DNA of 64,000 nt, taken from the IMG/VR virus record IMGVR_UViG_3300028048_000063, positions 1 to 64,000 of that record. The stretch is one strand, 5' to 3'. Made by a program: the position numbers and the translations under genes. Source of the DNA: a virus. Lineage: Duplodnaviria > Caudoviricetes. Below are positions 36,378-46,626 of this stretch, piece after piece. Positions within the stretch are counted from its first letter, which is position 1. Each line of letters opens with the position of its first letter. The notes below the pieces were generated by a model. That model was not told where the DNA came from and made no database searches. It was given only the letters and a program-made list of their open reading frames with translations.

Positions 36378-38768
36378 TTACTTATCTTGCAGCCCTTTTC
36401 TAAAGAAATCTTCTTTTAGTTTTATCAACTGCTTTTGTTGTTTTTTTGCTATAGCTTTACGGGCAGCATTTGCTTCGCCAAGCGTAAATCCACAGACCTG
36501 TGGATCCATTAATATCCTCATGAGAACTTCCTGGGAACCAGAAACACCGTTAGTACCTTGTAAATACTTTTTCATAATCTCTATCTCATCATCTGTAAGT
36601 CCTTCCTCGTACATCTCTAATAACCATGCCTCAGGATTATCTCTGAAACGCACATAACGATCGATAGGTTGTTCTATATCTTCTGTTTGTAGCCTCATGA
36701 TCGAGTTAACTTCTGCTAATTGCATAACATTTTCTGGTCTTGCTTTTTCAATACAAACAGCCCCAACCTGTGTATCAAATTGGAATAGATCACTAATCTT
36801 TCCTTCTGCTGCATTTTTCCACATCTGTGGATCCTTGTATTCAAGTACGTCTGGATGTATGTATTTATCATACGTTGCACGTAAACTTCCTTGCCATTCA
36901 ATTAAACCATCTCTTAATAAAAGCTCTAAGCATTTAGCTATTTTCGATTGTGCGTTTGTACGCAATACGTCCATTTTTAATGCACCCATATCATCAGAGT
37001 CATGCATATTAAATGCTGTAATCTTAACTTTATTAGGAGCTCTCATTAAACTGTTTTGAGCGAGATAACCATCATTAAAAACATATAATGCACTAGCATG
37101 TATACTTGCATTTGTAGGGATACCTTCAACCTTTCTAATAGCTTCGAACAAACCAGGATATGCTCTAATTTTATCTTCAAATCCTGCAACAGCTTCAAAA
37201 CCCTGCTCTTCGTCTCCATATAAACATTGATCTAAGGTATAAGAATTACCTCTATGAAAAGGCACAAGGGCTGCTAAAGCTTGCATTTCATCGCTATTAT
37301 ATCCAAGTCCTCTACCACAACATAAAATAGCTGAACGTAAGGACTCGGTCTTGAATGTTGCGCAGTTGAGAACATTATCTTCTCCGTAGGTTTTTTTAAG
37401 AAGTTCTGTAATATCTTTTGTTCTCTCTGGTTGGAAGTCTTCATCCACATCTGGAAGCTCTACTCTTTCTTTATTTAAGAAACGCCAATATGGAAGATCA
37501 TACTGTAAAGGATCTGCTTGAGTAATACCTAATAAATAATTAATATAGAAACCACAAGCGCTACCTCTGCCGACTCCACATAAGCTTACATTCCAAGCTA
37601 TGTCTACTATATTTTTTGTAAGATTTAGATAAGCACTTAGCTTTTGACCTAGACGTGTACTAATATAATCTAAAATGTCTAATTCGGTATTTATTCTATC
37701 TATTTTGATATCATCAAGTACTACATTCTTATTTTTAATACCCTGTTCGATTTGATACATTAAATATACATCTTGTTGGTCATCGCTCTCATAAAACTTC
37801 TTAATCATCGGATATTTTCCATTTTCGCAAAAGTTATATAATATTTGCGATAAAGTAAATTCAGGAATTTTAATTTTTGGAACGATAGTACCGTGTCTAA
37901 AATCAATATTTTCTATCTGATCGGCAATTTTACAAGTATTTTCAAAAGCTTTTTTGATTTGGTCTTCTGTTAATCCGCCAGCCATTAAAATAGTTTTCAT
38001 TTCATCTTCTGTCATGATATAAGTAAAACGATAAAACTTTTCAGTTTCACGATCTTTACTTTGTCTACTATTCAAGAAAGCTGAGTGAATACCAAAATCA
38101 TTTTTATCTAAATAATGACTATCTGTTGTAACGATATATGGAATGTCATAATGTTCCGCCATTTTAATTAATACACCGTTGACTTTAATTTGTTCTTCAT
38201 TATCTGATGGTTGTAATTCTAAAGAGAAATTATCTTTGCCGAAGACTTTAATACACCAACGTATAAACTCGTTTGCTTTACTTACGTCATGTTCTAAGAT
38301 TTTATTAGGTAAGAACCCACCCAAACAAGCTGTAGATCCAAAAATGTGTCCTGGGTTAGATCCTATAACCTTCTCGATATCTTGATATGTTGTTGGAACT
38401 CTCATAATGCCTTTTTCAAAATATCCACGTTCCCATGCGATAGAAGATAATTGTTTAAGTTGGTACCACCCTTCTAAATCTTTAGCCAATAAGATAAAAT
38501 GATAATACTTATTAGTATTACCTATCTCACTTTCATCAATAAGATAAATTTCATTTCCAAAAATAATCTTAAAATCTGGATTTGTGTCTTTAATTTTATC
38601 TTTCGTTTTAAGTATATCTATCGCTGAAGATAGAGCTTCATGGTCTGTAAAAGCTATACCAGAAAAACCAAGAGATATGGCTTTATTTACCATATCTTCT
38701 GGTCTGTTTATACTATCTAAAAAACGAATATTTGACGAATACGTGTGATTATGAAGTGATGTAAACAT
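36378..38768 (-). CDS. dnaE: DNA polymerase III alpha subunit, N-terminal half (PHP plus palm/thumb/part of fingers)
   Basis: HNHTYSS, FTDH, TTDSHY, GVGRGSACG, RFLNKERVELPDVDEDF (catalytic Asp pair), KMDVL, LFQF, ARKAIAKK. Confidence 0.92.
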   Translation of the reverse strand: MFTSLHNHTYSSNIRFLDSINRPEDMVNKAISLGFSGIAFTDHEALSSAIDILKTKDKIKDTNPDFKIIFGNEIYLIDESEIGNTNKYYHFILLAKDLEGWYQLKQLSSIAWERGYFEKGIMRVPTTYQDIEKVIGSNPGHIFGSTACLGGFLPNKILEHDVSKANEFIRWCIKVFGKDNFSLELQPSDNEEQIKVNGVLIKMAEHYDIPYIVTTDSHYLDKNDFGIHSAFLNSRQSKDRETEKFYRFTYIMTEDEMKTILMAGGLTEDQIKKAFENTCKIADQIENIDFRHGTIVPKIKIPEFTLSQILYNFCENGKYPMIKKFYESDDQQDVYLMYQIEQGIKNKNVVLDDIKIDRINTELDILDYISTRLGQKLSAYLNLTKNIVDIAWNVSLCGVGRGSACGFYINYLLGITQADPLQYDLPYWRFLNKERVELPDVDEDFQPERTKDITELLKKTYGEDNVLNCATFKTESLRSAILCCGRGLGYNSDEMQALAALVPFHRGNSYTLDQCLYGDEEQGFEAVAGFEDKIRAYPGLFEAIRKVEGIPTNASIHASALYVFNDGYLAQNSLMRAPNKVKITAFNMHDSDDMGALKMDVLRTNAQSKIAKCLELLLRDGLIEWQGSLRATYDKYIHPDVLEYKDPQMWKNAAEGKISDLFQFDTQVGAVCIEKARPENVMQLAEVNSIMRLQTEDIEQPIDRYVRFRDNPEAWLLEMYEEGLTDDEIEIMKKYLQGTNGVSGSQEVLMRILMDPQVCGFTLGEANAARKAIAKKQQKQLIKLKEDFFRKGLQDK

Positions 38769-38803
38769 AACATTCCTCTTGTATTTATTATTTTTATACT
38801 AAT

Positions 38804-38832
38804 ATTATACTGGATATTATTCTAAAAATCAA
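38804..38832 (-). promoter_or_regulatory. phage promoter family member
   Basis: TTGATT-17 nt (ending ATCCAG)-TATAAT. Confidence 0.8.
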
Positions 38833-39308
38833 CTATTTTGTTCAGGTTTATAATATGTTCTAAAAACTAATATATCGTCTTCTAAACTTTCATCAACACC
38901 TGGACAGAAGTTTAAAAAGTCTTGATTAAGACTATTTAAAACACGTGGGTTTAATTTTTTAGCATAATGTCTTTCGTTTTTCCCGTATGTTTTTGTGTCC
39001 CAGAATACATGATTATCTTGGTCTATGTCTAAGGAATATTCTGACCACATTGTTTCAATAAAATCTTTGATTTTTTGAAGTGTTTTAAAGTTACATGCCA
39101 AATTATCTAATGGAACGATATTCTTTCCTTCCTCTGCTTTATATTTTTCAATAAAATCAGTCATACCACATGCCCTATAAAAAGAGATCATGCTACAGAT
39201 AGGGATGTCATCAGCATCTTCTTTTCGCCAATCTTCTAGTTCATCAAAGTCGAGGTCGATTGTTGCTCTAACTTTTTCTTCAAATAATACTTTATCTTTT
39301 TCTTCCAT
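38829..39308 (-). CDS. hypothetical protein
   Basis: AAGGAG RBS, 159 aa. Confidence 0.75.
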   Translation of the reverse strand: MEEKDKVLFEEKVRATIDLDFDELEDWRKEDADDIPICSMISFYRACGMTDFIEKYKAEEGKNIVPLDNLACNFKTLQKIKDFIETMWSEYSLDIDQDNHVFWDTKTYGKNERHYAKKLNPRVLNSLNQDFLNFCPGVDESLEDDILVFRTYYKPEQNS

Positions 39309-39317
39309 AATATCTCC

Positions 39318-40313
39318 TTATAACTCGATCTTCTCTTCTTCTGTTTTATTTTGTGCTTGTTTCTTGAGTTCATGATTCATGATACTCTCGTGATTTTCCA
39401 TACCTCTCCATTTATGAGATACGGCGTGTGTCTTGTTCTCACGTGTCCATAAAGAATAATATGGGCATAAGTTTTTACCAGCCTCTGGTTGATTTGGATT
39501 TGTTGGACAGAAATTACACCAATGACATAGTGGTGATGGGTTTGGTTCGTAATTACCCGCATCAATACCTGTGAATATTTCGTCTAACTTTTTCATACCA
39601 CGCTGCATAAATCCTGGCGTACCAGCTTTTTGTTTTGTTTGACAGAATGGTAAATCATAAAAACATTCTATATCTTCATATGGAACATTTAATGTTGTAT
39701 GCAGAGCATAAACATATACTACAAATTGTAATGGTGTCACAAGCTCTGCGTCTTTAAATAACTTGCCCTTTGTTTTAATATCTTCTACGATGTATTTACC
39801 AGTGTTCTTATTATAGAAAATTCTATCAATAAAACCACTGAGAGTATAACCATTATACGTTACTGAGAAGAATTTTTCCATATCATAGACTTCTAAACCA
39901 GGATTATCTTTAATATAATTTTCTAATCTATAAATACCAAAGTTTAAATAATCCTCTACCTTTGTATTATAAGAAACGCCATTGTCATCTGGTTCGTAAA
40001 ATTCTTCCTTATATTTTTCTTTTAAGATGTTTATTCCATAAACACCGCCCTTTGTATCATATGGTGATGTCTTAGGAATATTGATGTTATAAAATTCGTC
40101 TTTCAATTGGTCATAGTTTATTTCTTCATGATTTTTTAAGCTTCTAGCTATGCTTTCTTCTATATAGTGCAATGTCGTACCTAAATCTGCTGCTAATGAA
40201 TCAACATTAACAAAATGACCGTCAAGGTATGAAAGCTTGTATTTCCATGCGCAGCTATTGTAAACGTTTAGTCGTGAATACGAATATTTAACTGGCTTTT
40301 TATATTCTGCCAT
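39318..40313 (-). CDS. Cas4/RecB-like PD-(D/E)XK exonuclease with probable Fe-S cluster
   Basis: SYSRL...C, GTTLH, E, GFIDRI, EDIKT, QFVVY, CHWCNFC...C. Confidence 0.85.
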   Translation of the reverse strand: MAEYKKPVKYSYSRLNVYNSCAWKYKLSYLDGHFVNVDSLAADLGTTLHYIEESIARSLKNHEEINYDQLKDEFYNINIPKTSPYDTKGGVYGINILKEKYKEEFYEPDDNGVSYNTKVEDYLNFGIYRLENYIKDNPGLEVYDMEKFFSVTYNGYTLSGFIDRIFYNKNTGKYIVEDIKTKGKLFKDAELVTPLQFVVYVYALHTTLNVPYEDIECFYDLPFCQTKQKAGTPGFMQRGMKKLDEIFTGIDAGNYEPNPSPLCHWCNFCPTNPNQPEAGKNLCPYYSLWTRENKTHAVSHKWRGMENHESIMNHELKKQAQNKTEEEKIEL

Positions 40314-41433
40314 GTTTCTTTCCTCCTTTTTTTATTTCTTCGTTATATGTGTATAACTTTATCCTATTATGATAAAGTTGTTCAAATATCTCTTTTCCAC
40401 AGTCTGTAGGCGAAGCTTTATATGGTGTTAAATGATCATAGTCCATAACTACGGATACATTAACATATGGCAATAAAGGTGATACTGTTTTTAATAATTT
40501 TTCTTCGTATTGTGTAGTATCCTCACTGCCTTTGCCACCCTCGAACTCTCTGTCATATCCGAGTACAATTTCTTCAACTCCTAAGTCTAATAATAAATTC
40601 ATTTGCTCCTTAGAAAATGAGGATCCACAAGTTGCTACTGCCCAACAATTCTCTACTCCATACATTGTAGCTAACTGTAAAACAGATTTTTCTGACTCTG
40701 CAACAAATGCCTTTTTAATTCGTGCAATTGTATCCTTATTTTCAAATAATCCAAATAAATTTTTACCAAGACTGTGCTTATATATATCTCCCTGTATAAT
40801 TACGGGCATATATTTCTTTCCAGCATCAACTTCGATAGGGTCGTAAGATCTTCCTCTGATACCAACTAATTCTCCATCAATATTCCTATGTGGGATTATA
40901 ACTTTGTGTAAAGCTGAGTCTACACGGATCCCATAATATCTCATAACATCCTTACTTATACCATCTTTAAGCCATTCTGTTGGGGCTGCTAATGGATAAA
41001 AATATTCCAATAGATTTTCGTGGATTGGTGGGATTGTTACGTCTTCTTTTTCAACTTTTGCATAGTCTTGAATTTTTTGAAAAATATCCCAATCGTCAGT
41101 TAATTCCGTACTTTCGACTTCTTCAAACCCTATTTCTCGCAAATTAAAGAACTTTACGATATAGTCTAAAGCTCCTTTAAAATCCGTATCTAAAGTGCTT
41201 TGAACTACCTCGAAAATGTCTGGACTTTTCCCACATGTATAGCAATGGAATAATTTAGTTTCTGGATAATAATATAACTTGTCTTCACTATCTCCTTTGT
41301 GACAAAGATAGGTATTAAATGTTGGATGTTCGTAACGGTCATACCCACATCTATCTGTTCCCTGTAAGAAGCAGCAAAGTTTGATAATATCTTCAGTTGT
41401 TAATCTTTCTTTGATTTTGTCTGACGTTAACAT
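40300..41433 (-). CDS. DnaG-type DNA primase
   Basis: N-terminal Zn-binding CH...FHCYTC, IPHRN...VGIRGR, TOPRIM AESEKS and GYDRE. Confidence 0.85.
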   Translation of the reverse strand: MLTSDKIKERLTTEDIIKLCCFLQGTDRCGYDRYEHPTFNTYLCHKGDSEDKLYYYPETKLFHCYTCGKSPDIFEVVQSTLDTDFKGALDYIVKFFNLREIGFEEVESTELTDDWDIFQKIQDYAKVEKEDVTIPPIHENLLEYFYPLAAPTEWLKDGISKDVMRYYGIRVDSALHKVIIPHRNIDGELVGIRGRSYDPIEVDAGKKYMPVIIQGDIYKHSLGKNLFGLFENKDTIARIKKAFVAESEKSVLQLATMYGVENCWAVATCGSSFSKEQMNLLLDLGVEEIVLGYDREFEGGKGSEDTTQYEEKLLKTVSPLLPYVNVSVVMDYDHLTPYKASPTDCGKEIFEQLYHNRIKLYTYNEEIKKGGKKHGRI

Positions 41434-41445
41434 ATTCTCACCTCA

Positions 41446-44157
41446 TTAAAAATCAAAACCGATATCATCATCTTCATCCGAGGTACCTGTATAAGCATTC
41501 TCGAATTTCTCTTCCTTTGTACTATCTAATAAGATTTCAATGTTAGTATCTTCAATAGGAAGAATAATACCTTTACTATCTGTCACGAAGCAATCTGTCC
41601 ATTGGCATACGGATCTATCAAAGTATCCATATAATTTAATATTTTGATAACTACCTGCACGAACTTTATAAATATTAATAACAAAGTTTGGAGCAAGCTC
41701 AAATCCTCTAGCGCAATAACTATCAATAATCGACTGATCAATTTCTCTAACAGGCATAAGAATACAACCAACGTCTACCTTATCTGCTAATGATTTTGCA
41801 GATCTTAAATAAGATGCGTCTAGATCTTTAGCATTCTTATAATCACCTGATAATTGCGAAGCTGTCCATATATAAATACCCAATGTTTTAGCTGCATCTT
41901 TTAATGCAGATGAGAACATAAGTAAAATTTGGTCAGTTCTAAGTCCTTGTACTTTTGTTTGTCTAGCTGCAGATGATGTTATTTTTAAAGTTTCACCTAA
42001 GTAGTCAAATATTACATAATTGACGTTATATAATTGTTTGTATTTTTTAATAATGTTAATAATATCGTTAACATCATAATTGGTAATACTTACAAAATAT
42101 AGATTAGATTGTTCAATTAATTCTATAGCTCTATCAACTCTTTCTTCTTCTCCTGGGGCATATCTACCATCTTTGATATGGTTTTCAGGAACACCACCAA
42201 CGAAAGCCATCCACATTTGTTGACATTCATTTTCTTCTAACTCAGTGGAAATAACTAATACGGACTCTTGCATATTTGTCTTTATCCATGCCTGACGTTG
42301 TACGTCATAATATTCAGGTATAGCAAGATGGCAAGCTTCCGAATTACCGATACGTGTATTGTGCGTAACGATAAAATTCTCCGTCAAGAACAAGTGTTCG
42401 TTATTATCCACTAAGAAACAAGTCATGTCCTCCTGATATCCTAAATCCTCAATTTTAATCATTGGATTGCTTCTATGTTTGTGCGTACCTTTATTATTTT
42501 TAGACTTTTCATACCATGATTGCATTTTTTGGCGTTTTAAACTAAGTTTGAATAATCTATTTTTTAATTCAGGACTACCCATAATTTGTACTAAATATCC
42601 TATGTTAGTGGATTTATGAGTATCAACAAAAATAGATGTTGAGAACCCTAGACTTTGGGCTAATTCAGTAACATCATCTCTTAATTGAGGACTAATTGTA
42701 AAGAAAGATACTCTGCCTCTTTTATCAACACAGCCATCTGTATCTAATAACCCATTTAATAATTCAAATCTATTGTCAATACTATCTTCTAAATATACAC
42801 GCGGTATAAATTTAGTCTGGCTATTTGTATTAATAAGATCTGGATGTTCTTTTAGGGCGTCTCTCACCCAAACATTTTTACTTCCTTTTTTACGGTTAAT
42901 ATTAGAACTTATATCACTAAGATTGTTAAAACTAAAAGTCCATGCATAAGTAGTTTTATGTTTTTTAACTGACCAATTCATTGTGTTACCAATAATAGAA
43001 GGTAATTCTTCATTTGCAGAAGAAAATTCAAGCCCTTTATTAGATTCTTGTTCTTTAAGACAACCGTCTCCTAAAAGTAATCCTAGGATATATGGTGGTA
43101 AAAAGTGCTGTTTTGGGGAATACTCAAGAGCTTGTTGTTGTGGTACCAATATGGTGTATTCACCATTTTGACGTAACGGTTTGTCGTTCATAATCTCTTT
43201 TAAGGTCTTTGTATAAAATATCCTGTCTTCTACAGATTTGATACGCTGACCATTAGAATTATAACTCCACAAATGTTCATCACTACAACGACATGTTCTT
43301 CCGTCTCTAAAAGTTATTTGGTATACTTCTTGTTTACCTTGTGGATATACGCCCAATACTTTAGTAGGATGTCCTTTGGCATCAAATAAATAATCTCCAA
43401 CTTTAATATCTTGTACATTTTTCCATCCTACAGTAGTTGGTATTCTACTACTATTTGGTAACGCTTTGCCGTACCCACTTGGAGCTGACTCTAAGAATAA
43501 ACAACCTCTACGTTGCCCACGTACGATTGTTGTAAGCTTTGGAGAGACTAATGGTAAACCCATTTCAGGAGTTTGTTTAAATCTTTCTTTTAACTCTCTT
43601 AGTCCATCTCCAGCCTTATTTTCAACACGGTCGCTATTACTACCATATTTCTCTTTTGCTAGGATTATCTTTGTTTCTTCTTTCAATAAAATATCGTTTA
43701 TGCTTAAAGCATCAAAATTCTCATACATTCTAGCACTCTCTACTGGATCCACAATATCAGGATCATAGATATCTCGTGTATCAATTCCTTCAGCTTTTAA
43801 GTTATTTATTAAACTATATTTTTTTAGAGTTTGATAATAATAATCAAACTTCTTTTCATCATAAATATTGAGAGCATTCTGTATATACTCTACACCCTTG
43901 TTGTTGCAAAAAACTTTATACTGTACAGTATATTGTTTTAGAAATTGATCTATGTCTATATAGTCAATTTTTTCCATTCCCTTTTTCGCCAAATATTCGA
44001 TAGCCCCGAACAAAATCTTATGAAATTGTTCTGGAAAATCTTCTATTGAAAAGCTATAATTATTATTAGCAAACAATAATGGATTTTTAATTAGTGCCGC
44101 TAATACATGAATTATCGCTAATTTATTGGAAGCTGCATTGTTAACTTCTTGCGACAT
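41446..44157 (-). CDS. dnaB: DnaB-like replicative helicase containing an intein
   Basis: Walker A APSGYGK|T split by the intein, ISTEL, IFDYL, TASQLS, KSLADKVD, KVRAG. Confidence 0.9.
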   Translation of the reverse strand: MSQEVNNAASNKLAIIHVLAALIKNPLLFANNNYSFSIEDFPEQFHKILFGAIEYLAKKGMEKIDYIDIDQFLKQYTVQYKVFCNNKGVEYIQNALNIYDEKKFDYYYQTLKKYSLINNLKAEGIDTRDIYDPDIVDPVESARMYENFDALSINDILLKEETKIILAKEKYGSNSDRVENKAGDGLRELKERFKQTPEMGLPLVSPKLTTIVRGQRRGCLFLESAPSGYGKALPNSSRIPTTVGWKNVQDIKVGDYLFDAKGHPTKVLGVYPQGKQEVYQITFRDGRTCRCSDEHLWSYNSNGQRIKSVEDRIFYTKTLKEIMNDKPLRQNGEYTILVPQQQALEYSPKQHFLPPYILGLLLGDGCLKEQESNKGLEFSSANEELPSIIGNTMNWSVKKHKTTYAWTFSFNNLSDISSNINRKKGSKNVWVRDALKEHPDLINTNSQTKFIPRVYLEDSIDNRFELLNGLLDTDGCVDKRGRVSFFTISPQLRDDVTELAQSLGFSTSIFVDTHKSTNIGYLVQIMGSPELKNRLFKLSLKRQKMQSWYEKSKNNKGTHKHRSNPMIKIEDLGYQEDMTCFLVDNNEHLFLTENFIVTHNTRIGNSEACHLAIPEYYDVQRQAWIKTNMQESVLVISTELEENECQQMWMAFVGGVPENHIKDGRYAPGEEERVDRAIELIEQSNLYFVSITNYDVNDIINIIKKYKQLYNVNYVIFDYLGETLKITSSAARQTKVQGLRTDQILLMFSSALKDAAKTLGIYIWTASQLSGDYKNAKDLDASYLRSAKSLADKVDVGCILMPVREIDQSIIDSYCARGFELAPNFVINIYKVRAGSYQNIKLYGYFDRSVCQWTDCFVTDSKGIILPIEDTNIEILLDSTKEEKFENAYTGTSDEDDDIGFDF
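42358..43464 (-). mobile_element. 369-aa class-3 (Ala1, WCT) intein with LAGLIDADG homing endonuclease
   Basis: Starts ALPNSSRIPT, block B SDEHLW, LGLLLGDG and LNGLLDTDG, block F MTCFLVD, ends IVTHN, +1 Thr. Confidence 0.9.
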
Positions 44158-44167
44158 TTTATATCTC

Positions 44168-44662
44168 CTATAAATCTTCTATTCTATAGTTAATTTTATC
44201 TCTTGGGTTGGTTTGTGTTTTTTGTAAATCTGATTGTTTAATAACGATTTTATTCTCTGGTACGTTTATATCTACAGTTTTATTTATTTCTTTAATTTTA
44301 TTCATTTGTAAAACGTATGCACGTGCGTTTTCATATTGATCTCTAATTGTGTATACAACACCACTGACACTGCCAGTATAACCACAGATCTCATAATAAT
44401 ACCATAAGGTATTCTTAATCCCTTTAAGTTTTTTACCATTGGCGAGTTCTCTATCGATACCCATAACAACTTCTTGAGGGATCTCAGAAATAGCAAACAA
44501 TTGTTTTATATATGTATAGAGTTCTTGTTTGTCTTGTTCTGTCTTTAATAATTCTTCCTGAATAGTTTGATAACAGGAGTAGCAATACCCTTTGCCTTCG
44601 TAGGTATACTTTAACCCTGTTATCTTATTCTTACAAGAATTGCATATGAAAACGTTAGCCAT
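44168..44662 (-). CDS. Zn-finger hypothetical protein adjacent to DnaB (possible loader/accessory)
   Basis: CNSC...CYSC; position only. Confidence 0.65.
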   Translation of the reverse strand: MANVFICNSCKNKITGLKYTYEGKGYCYSCYQTIQEELLKTEQDKQELYTYIKQLFAISEIPQEVVMGIDRELANGKKLKGIKNTLWYYYEICGYTGSVSGVVYTIRDQYENARAYVLQMNKIKEINKTVDINVPENKIVIKQSDLQKTQTNPRDKINYRIEDL

Positions 44663-45519
44663 TAAGCACCATATCCACCTTCAATTAATTTTTGATGTAT
44701 TGCTAATACTGTATCGTATTGATCTTGTGTGGCTGCATTACACTTAAATGTTGTATCTCCTGTCACAGCTTTTACAATTTCATTGTATTCAGCAATGCTC
44801 TTCTTTTGAGTGTTCATATTTTTAACCATTTTACCTATATCAGATATAAGGGTTTTTAAAGGTGTTTTCTCGGAACTTGAATTAGTTGTTGATACTGACT
44901 CTACTTTTGCTCCTGAGGCTGCTACAGGCTCTGAGGATTGATTCTCATCGTTTGTAGCTACTGTGTTGACCATCTTTTTAGCTACAGCGCCTGTTGTTGG
45001 TAATTTCCATGAGAAAACTTTAACATTAGTCTTAGCATTACAGATTTCAAGTTCTGTAATAACTCTTGTATCCTCATTATATGCAATGTGTGTTACAACA
45101 TACTTTGCATAAGGATCTGCTAAATAATATTTACCATTTCTTTCAACTGTACTAACGTCTGCCCAAATTAAAGGACTAGAATAGAGCTCTCTGCCTATGC
45201 CGAGACGGCTACAACAACGTTTGAAAGCATCAGATGCCTCAGCTTTCTTTTCGTTACCATCGCCTTGTTCAGACTCAATACCGCAGTCGCTTTTATAAAC
45301 AAAGTCTTGAGAAGCATCTTCTCTAATACCAATTTCACAGAATAAGTTGCCCTTAACCTCAAAATATCTATTAGTCCAATTCATTGGGCCAACAGCGGCA
45401 TCTAAAATTTTAGCATCTGTACGACTTGTCTTATACAAAAGCATAAGTGCGCCTGTTTTTGTTACTTGTTTGACTTTGACTTCAATGTCTTCTGATGTTA
45501 ATAGTGGAAAATTAATCAT
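44662..45519 (-). CDS. Rad52/Sak-like single-strand annealing protein
   Basis: ILDAAVGPMNW, CEIGI, KSDCG, KAEASDAFKRCCSRLGIGRELY. Confidence 0.85.
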   Translation of the reverse strand: MINFPLLTSEDIEVKVKQVTKTGALMLLYKTSRTDAKILDAAVGPMNWTNRYFEVKGNLFCEIGIREDASQDFVYKSDCGIESEQGDGNEKKAEASDAFKRCCSRLGIGRELYSSPLIWADVSTVERNGKYYLADPYAKYVVTHIAYNEDTRVITELEICNAKTNVKVFSWKLPTTGAVAKKMVNTVATNDENQSSEPVAASGAKVESVSTTNSSSEKTPLKTLISDIGKMVKNMNTQKKSIAEYNEIVKAVTGDTTFKCNAATQDQYDTVLAIHQKLIEGGYGA

Positions 45520-45551
45520 GTTTGGTTCCTCCTTATTTTCCGTTTGTTAAT

Positions 45552-45580
45552 ATTATACTGGATCATTTATTTTTTTTCAA
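45552..45580 (-). promoter_or_regulatory. phage promoter family member
   Basis: TTGAAA-17 nt (ending ATCCAG)-TATAAT. Confidence 0.75.
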
Positions 45581-46216
45581 CTAGTTTTTATCTATATTTA
45601 AAAATTTTGAGTAAAAACTTTCTCCTAAGCTTGCTACTGGAATAAATCTTCCTTTTTCACCTGCTAAATGAATTACTCCTAATTTTAATTTTTCTTGATC
45701 AGATATATATCCTGATTGTACTGCCCCTCTTGCATATAAATTCAATTGAGCTGTGACGAGTTGACGGTGTATTGTTGATGTTGTCTTAAAGTCTGCTAAT
45801 GTTAATTCATTATTAACTGTACATAATAAATCAAAACGTCCTGCAGATACAGGGATATGGTTATCGTCATATAAGACTATGACCTTCTCTGTTAAGATAG
45901 GTTTGATCTTATATATTTCTTCTACAAAAGTAAAATAATTACTTGTTTCTTGATATGAAAAACTTAAAGGAATATCGGGACTTTCTTTACGCATCTCTAT
46001 CAATTCTTGTAATTCGTTATGAACGGCTGTGCCATAATCGGCGGCCCTCTTTAATACCTCTGGATTTACATTGGCATAAGGATTGCCATACACCTTTGAT
46101 AATAAAGTTGTAATACTTGGCAATTCCTTATCGTCAACGAAATACTGATGTGTCTCTGGATAAAAATCCACAGACACGCCAGTTGGTAATAGAAAAGTTT
46201 CTTTTTCTGTTATCAT
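45581..46216 (-). CDS. PD-(D/E)XK exonuclease
   Basis: PSITTLL, GTAVH, TE, AGRFDLL, DFKTT, QLNLY. Confidence 0.85.
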   Translation of the reverse strand: MITEKETFLLPTGVSVDFYPETHQYFVDDKELPSITTLLSKVYGNPYANVNPEVLKRAADYGTAVHNELQELIEMRKESPDIPLSFSYQETSNYFTFVEEIYKIKPILTEKVIVLYDDNHIPVSAGRFDLLCTVNNELTLADFKTTSTIHRQLVTAQLNLYARGAVQSGYISDQEKLKLGVIHLAGEKGRFIPVASLGESFYSKFLNIDKN

Positions 46217-46221
46217 TAATT

Positions 46222-46611
46222 TTACTCCTTATTGAGTGGGGTTACTCTTAAAGACTCGCTAACAGAAGAAACTTTTACATATTGTTTATATAAGTCAGGA
46301 TTTTCTGTCTTAAAATCTTTAGTGTTAAATGTCTCTCTAGTAGTCTCTGGGATATATGTATATCTAATACCATTAGCCTCTAAACTACCTTCTCCAGATT
46401 CAAAATATTGATCCTTGAGACATGCTTTGATATTACTATCAATGTTCTTTTTTAAATCTTCTAAGTATTTTGTTACTGCAATAAGATTTAAATAGCTGTT
46501 ATTGAAATCTGCAGATACTAACATATCTTTGTCAATTTGAACATCTGCAAGACTTACAATACTGTTCATTTGTGTGTCGATGTTTACTGGTAAGTTTGTA
46601 TTTTCGCTCAT
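46222..46611 (-). CDS. hypothetical protein (recombination-module accessory)
   Basis: C-terminal FNTKDFKTENPDLYKQYVK...SLRV motif. Confidence 0.7.
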   Translation of the reverse strand: MSENTNLPVNIDTQMNSIVSLADVQIDKDMLVSADFNNSYLNLIAVTKYLEDLKKNIDSNIKACLKDQYFESGEGSLEANGIRYTYIPETTRETFNTKDFKTENPDLYKQYVKVSSVSESLRVTPLNKE

Positions 46612-46626
46612 GATAATACCTCTTTT

